Assembly (NCBI GenBank): GCA_043228905.1
Contig: JBHGNT010000002.1
Coordinates: 10,850,001 to 10,914,000, forward strand
DNA: 64,000 bases
Direction: 5' to 3'
From: Azolla caroliniana
Lineage: Eukaryota > Plantae > Polypodiophyta
Part shown: positions 59,009-64,000 of the stretch, piece by piece
Layout: every line of letters begins with the position of its first letter
Position numbering within the stretch: position 1 is the stretch's first letter
Notes under the pieces: generated by a model
What the model was told of the DNA's origin: nothing
Seen by the model: only the letters and a program-made list of their open reading frames with translations
Databases searched by the model: none
Made by a program: the position numbers and the translations under genes

Positions 59009-59044
59009 CCATTCGTGCCGTCGTTCGCTGCAAAAACAGGAATC

Positions 59045-59054
59045 GTGGTCGCCA
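59045..59054 (-). promoter_or_regulatory. Primer-binding site of K
   Basis: Minus strand TGGCGACCAC, 7 nt after the 5' LTR end. Confidence 0.85.
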
Positions 59055-59061
59055 AAAACTG

Positions 59062-59496
59062 TGTTAACTCTTAGGGCCAGACAATGGCCTAACACAGGGT
59101 GTCTACAAAAGACACTTCACCAAAGGGGTGTTACGGCAAGAGGATTAAGATCAACGATTAATCCGACTTAATTAGGTTACTTAGCAAGATCGTCCTTAAC
59201 AATCACACGCGTAAGATATAACAATGAATGCAGAACGGAAATTAACACAGAGATATAAAAAACACTAATCTTTATTAATTATCCGCTGCTCATTACATTG
59301 TAACCGGGCCTTTAAATAGGTTTCCGGTCTGTAGTACAAAACGGTGCCATCCGCACCTGTTCGGGATCGGTCCGGATCCGGAACGGCATACCGATTCCGG
59401 TCCGTCCGTCCACACTCATAGCTTACTTACAACCATTCCTAATAATTAAATAACTCCTCCATTTCACACTCTGGACTCCTTTGCCAGCCGGTAACA
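59062..59496 (-). repeat. 5' LTR of element K
   Basis: Direct repeat of 32840-33274, followed by TSD ATGAT. Confidence 0.95.
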
Positions 59497-62400
59497 ATGA
59501 TGATCCATGAACGCCTTTCGACGGTGTTGCTCCTGTTCTAGGATCTTCATGCTCTGTACCTTGTCTTTGCCGAGGTCGAGAAGTTGCTCCAATTGTAGTT
59601 GTTCTGACTGTTTTTCAAGAAGGCGTTCCCAAATCTGTATCCGCAAGCTCGGAACCTGGATCTCGATGGGCATTACGGCTTTGAGTCCAAAGGCTAATGG
59701 GAATGGGGTAGACTGGATACTGGTTTTAAAACTTGTTTGGTATGGCCATAGGGTGCTTAGTATCCCAATCCGTGCGGTTGTCATTGACCTTTTTCCTTAA
59801 AATATTCTGTAAGGTTTTGTTCGTCAACTCCTCTAGCCCATTCGCCTAAGGGTAGTACGGGGTACTCTTTTTGTGGATTACGACATAGTGGTCGATGAGC
59901 GCATGAATCACCGTATTCAGGAAGTGGCCTCCTTGGTTGCTGATGAATTCAATAGGGAATCCGAAATGACAAAATGTTTTTATACAATTTTTTTGTGCTG
60001 GATGCCCCCATGTTGTCCCGTAATGCTTTTGCCTCTACCTATTTAGTGCAGTGATCCATTGCAACCAAAATGTATCTGTTGCACATGTGCATAGTGGCTG
60101 GGATAAATGGGCTGATTAAATCGAGGCCCCATTTTTGGAATGGCTCTAATGGGAGCACGGGCTGATGCGACATTCGGGTTCGCTCTGTAGGTTGTCCCAT
60201 TTGCTCACATAGGTCGCACTCTCAAAAGTACGCTTGGTCGCCCTTCTGTGAGGTTGGCCACCAGAGCCCACCTTGCCATATCTTCCGTGCGGTAGTGTCA
60301 CCCGCGTAATGGCCCCCCACTATATCGCAATGGGCTTCTCGTAACACGGTTTCCTTCTCATCATTTCGAACACACCTTCGCCAAATGCCATCACTTCTAA
60401 TAAGCAAAAGTTATGACTCGTAATCGCTAATCACTTCATTTCATCCGTTCGCATCCGTGGACATGGTAAGCCTGTGCTCAAGAAATGGCTCATATCCTCG
60501 AGCCATTTTTTCGTTTGGTGATGACATGTTTGTCTCGGCATCGCTTGCCAAAATGCGTAAGATTCCGCTATTCGGAAAGTCATCATCCCCTTCGACAACA
60601 TTCTCTCTATTTTCAATATGGCTTAGATAGTTGGCAACCGCATGATGAGCTCCTAGTTGATGCTGGATCTCGAATTAGAATTCTTGTAATCGTAGCATCC
60701 AACGCGCCAACTTCCTTGTAAGCGATTGTTTCGACACCCGATAGAGAAGTTCCGTGTGATCCACGTGAAAGACAAATTTTCGGCGCAGTAGGTAGTGTCA
60801 AAATTTATTGATGCTATATATCATAACTAGGGCTTCACACTCGCTCGTGGAGTACTTACATCCGGCGATCGAAAGTTTTCAGCTAGAGTAATAGACTGGC
60901 CGATACCAAATTGGTTCAACTGCATCAGTGCGTTCCCGATGGTTATGTCCGACACATCCACGAACACATGGAATGGTCACATCCAATCCGATGGATGTAC
61001 CACCGGTGCCTGAGTGAGCATGAACTTCAAGGCCATGTACACCTTGTCCTCCATCTCTGACCAACTGAATGATGTTCGATGGATCGCCCCATGCAAGGGT
61101 GTTGCAAAGTTTGCTAGATAGTGCAACATCTGACTGTGCCAACGCATTTGTCTCATAAAATGACTTAAGGCCTTTGCATTCTTCAAGGTCAAAGCCTTGA
61201 TGATGGCCTTAATCTTCCTTGGATCAACCGCAATGCCTTTAGGTCTTTCTATGTGTCCACGGACTACTCCACTGGTTACATCGAACGCGTACTTGGCTAG
61301 ATTAAGGTTGAGCCGTGCTAAGCGACATCGCTCTAAGAAAAACTGGAGGTGCAATAAATGCTCGTCGCATGCACCGAAAATAGAGAAGTAATCAAGGAGG
61401 ACCTACATAAGAGTAGGTATGTATTCATCGAAGATTTCCGCGATGATGAGGTGAAATGTTGCATGCGCCGTTTTAAGCCCGAACATGATTACCATGGCTA
61501 CGAATACGCCCCAATCCATCAAGAAAGCGGTTTTTTCCTAATCTTTAGGATGCATACGGATCTGATTATAGCCGCTGAAACCATCTAAAAAACTATAGTT
61601 TTCGTGCCCTGCTACGGCATCGAGTACGCCATCGGTGAAGGGAAGGGGAAAAACATCTGCTATTGTGACCATGTTCAGTTTGCGATAGTTAACGCAGACG
61701 CAAATTTTCCCATTCTTTTTTGGTACAACTACAATCTAACTCTGCCATGTTGCCTACTTGACTGGTGTAATGAACCCGACTTTCAAGAGCTTATAAATTT
61801 CTTTTTCACACGAGCCATGTAATTCGGGTTCATACGGTAATGCCTTTGCTGGACGAGCTTTGCATCCGTCGCCAGGTTGATTTGATGCTGGTAGAACTTT
61901 GGGTCCATCCCCTTCACATCCTCATGAGACCATGCGGATACATCTTTATATTCGTGCAACAAGTTGATAATGGTTGCCTTTTTCGAAGGAGGTAACTCCT
62001 TCGCTATCGAGAGGGGACGCGACACATCAGATGTCATGACGTTGTTGTGAAGATTTTCGGCAACGGTGTGAAAATTGCATCAAACGTACAAAATCAAGTG
62101 TGGTTCTTCACACGAGACATGAAACAATAATAGAGAAGATACTATTTTAGATTAGCTTAATATCTTGGTATGGGAAGATGGAGGTCTTCAAGAGCTTTCG
62201 AATGCTTTTTACTACATAAGAAATGGACATCTAAGTGTCAAGTTATGTGGGTATAAAGTTTTGGAAAAGAAAAAATAAATAAAATAAAAAATAAAACTGT
62301 GAACTATCCCATATAGATAGGAAAAGTTTAGGCTCCAGCTATATAAGCAGATTGAGATCCATCATATTTCATCTATGTCTTAAGAGCACATAAGAAATAG

Positions 62401-64000
62401 TTAGACTTGAGCCACTTTTGTCTAGATGGACATATGTGGCTAAGTCGCGGGACGTGGCTAAGTGCCCGAACAGGCCGATGTAGGAACTCAAACCGGCCGA
62501 CGATAGAACCGAAAATCGGATGGAGCTGGCAACCGGTGACCGGATGCATCCGGCAATCGGCGACCGGATGGAGATTAGCGAACGGTGAACGGCAACCGGT
62601 GACGGAGCCGGCGACCGGTGACCCAACATCCGGCGACCTCAGGATGCGGACCAAACCGGCTCGGATGCGAACCGAACCGGGCCAAACTAAACGAATGCAA
62701 ATCGGTCGGGTCGGTTGATCGCGTTGCATGGTGTCTTAAGGATATTTGCTCCAAAAGCCTAATAGTATTTTGTGCATAAAAGAAAAAGATGTAAGCAAGA
62801 CTCGAACTTAACACCTCCAAGATAGGAAGCAATAGGCTAACCATTAAGCCAAATCATTTCTTTAGGAAAGTAAGACGGAGCCGGTGACGGAGCCGACGAC
62901 ATGTGACCCAACATCCGGCAACAGATCTGGTACCGGACGTTGACAACATCCGGCGATGGAACCGGTGACCCGACATCCGACGACCTTGGGATGCGGACCA
63001 AACCGGCTCGGATGCGGACCGAACCGGGCCAAACTGAACGAATGCAAATCGGTCGGGTCGGTTGATCGTGGTGCATGGTGTCTTAAAGATATTTGGTCCA
63101 AAAGCCTAATAGTAGTTTGTGCATAAAAGAAAAAGATGTAAGTAAGACTCGAACTTAACACCTCCAAGAAAGGAAGCAATAGGCTAACCATTTCTTTAGG
63201 GATTATATTTTTATCATTATAGCTTTACATGTAAATTCTCATGTGTGAGAGCTTAGATGATGACATGGCAATCATGCATTGCGTGCAATGCATGCATTTC
63301 ATGCATTTCGTGCATGTCTTGCACCCTCACATGCACCATATGAATGGGGGCATCTATAAAAGAGTGGAGGAATCAAGCAAAAGGGGGATTTTTTATCAAG
63401 CAAGCTTTGTACCTTAAATCAAAATTAATATTAAGAAGAAAATTCGTTATCCTTTTGATGATAAACCTTGTTCTTCAAATCTAAAGTCAAGAGTTCAATC
63501 TTAATCTCTCTTAATCTAAAGTCAAGCGTTTTATCTTATCTCAATCTCTCTCTCTTTCAATCTATCTTAAATACTTTCTCGCTAAAGCTTGTGCAAACTT
63601 CGAATCCTTCTGGTCCAGAACCCGGCAGTTCCGCCTCACGATCTGCACGTAGTGACGGATCTTCATGACAATGCGTCTAGAGATTTCCATTTCTTGGTAG
63701 AATGCATCTTGCACCCTATGGAGTTCCATGAGGGCCTTCATATCAGATTCGCACTCCCTGGCTCTTATTGTTCCCGACGTGGCATACGCTCCAGTCATCT
63801 CGATGACATCGATCTTGCAGAATGGCACGATTTCAGGGTTCTCTTCTAGATAAGTTTCCAGCTCCTTGTTGTCTAACCCTTCAAGCATGTGGACTTCTTC
63901 CGTGTAAAGCGGAGTCATAGCTTTAGTGGGTGGGTTGCTCTCCTACGTCGGCACCCAAACCTTGGCTCGGCCTCGACGGAAAGTAATGTTGTCGTGTGGC
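59497..64000 (-). pseudogene. pol: Old gypsy element N: decayed pol (IN-RH-RT 59497-62036; PR-RT linker 63666-64000); oldest host of I, J, K and O
   Basis: Fragments LAFGLKAVMPIEIQVPSLRIQ, LREAHCDIVGGHYAG, YRMNPNY and TPLYTEEVHMLEGL; 13 bp of its IN tail survive at 27600-27612. Confidence 0.87.
62037..63665 (+). mobile_element. Probable solo LTR O (~1.63 kb) with an internal ~350-bp tandem duplication
   Basis: Non-coding AT-rich insert in N pol; TG..CA termini with TGTCA/TGACA flanks (boundary ambiguous); TATA-like CTATAAAAG near 63354; 62615-62845 repeated at 62962-63192. Confidence 0.62.

Larger units (their letters stand above)
32840..59496 (-). mobile_element. Ty3/gypsy element K (non-chromoviral, Athila-related) with extra 3' ORF; hosts L and M
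   Basis: 435-bp LTRs 32840-33274 and 59062-59496 (about 14 differences by eye, all transitions); perfect TSD ATGAT (32835-32839 and 59497-59501); PBS at 59045-59054. Confidence 0.95.

Noticed and set aside
907-59496. Bias for antiparallel nesting (A in B, L and M in K)
   Set aside because: At least as many nestings are parallel (B in C, E in D, G in E, H in G, and I, J, K in N).
1-64000. Assigning the host species or exact lineage names
   Set aside because: The proteins resemble elements I associate with non-seed land plants, but this cannot be established without database searches.

Overview
Gene-free eukaryotic (land-plant-type) heterochromatin made entirely of nested LTR retrotransposons. 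I resolve about 15 insertions from LTR termini (TG..CA), target-site duplications (TSDs), primer sites and domain motifs. The left half is Ty1/copia. Element A (907-6422) is young, has near-identical LTRs and one nonsense codon, and sits in B, which sits in C. D contains E; E contains a solo LTR and G; G contains H. J is full length but decayed. The right half is a family of non-chromoviral, Athila-related Ty3/gypsy elements (I, K, L, M, N). N hosts I, J, K and a probable solo LTR (O), and K hosts L and M. No host gene, rRNA, true tRNA gene or CRISPR array is supported. The main observation: the three gypsy elements with an intact 3' end (K, L, M) have no polypurine tract. In its place, exactly 2 nt before the 3' LTR, each carries a 40-nt copy of a tRNA 3' end (T-arm plus acceptor strand ending in CCA, tRNA-Arg-like), split by a covarying hairpin. 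K and L also keep a normal tRNA-Arg-type PBS after the 5' LTR (M's 5' end is deleted). This suggests an LTR element that primes both DNA strands from tRNA (or from a tRNA mimic). The family also carries an extra ~890-aa coiled-coil ORF and a conserved micro-uORF over the gag start. All alignments and counts were done by eye; lineage names and tRNA isotypes are from recall and need database confirmation.
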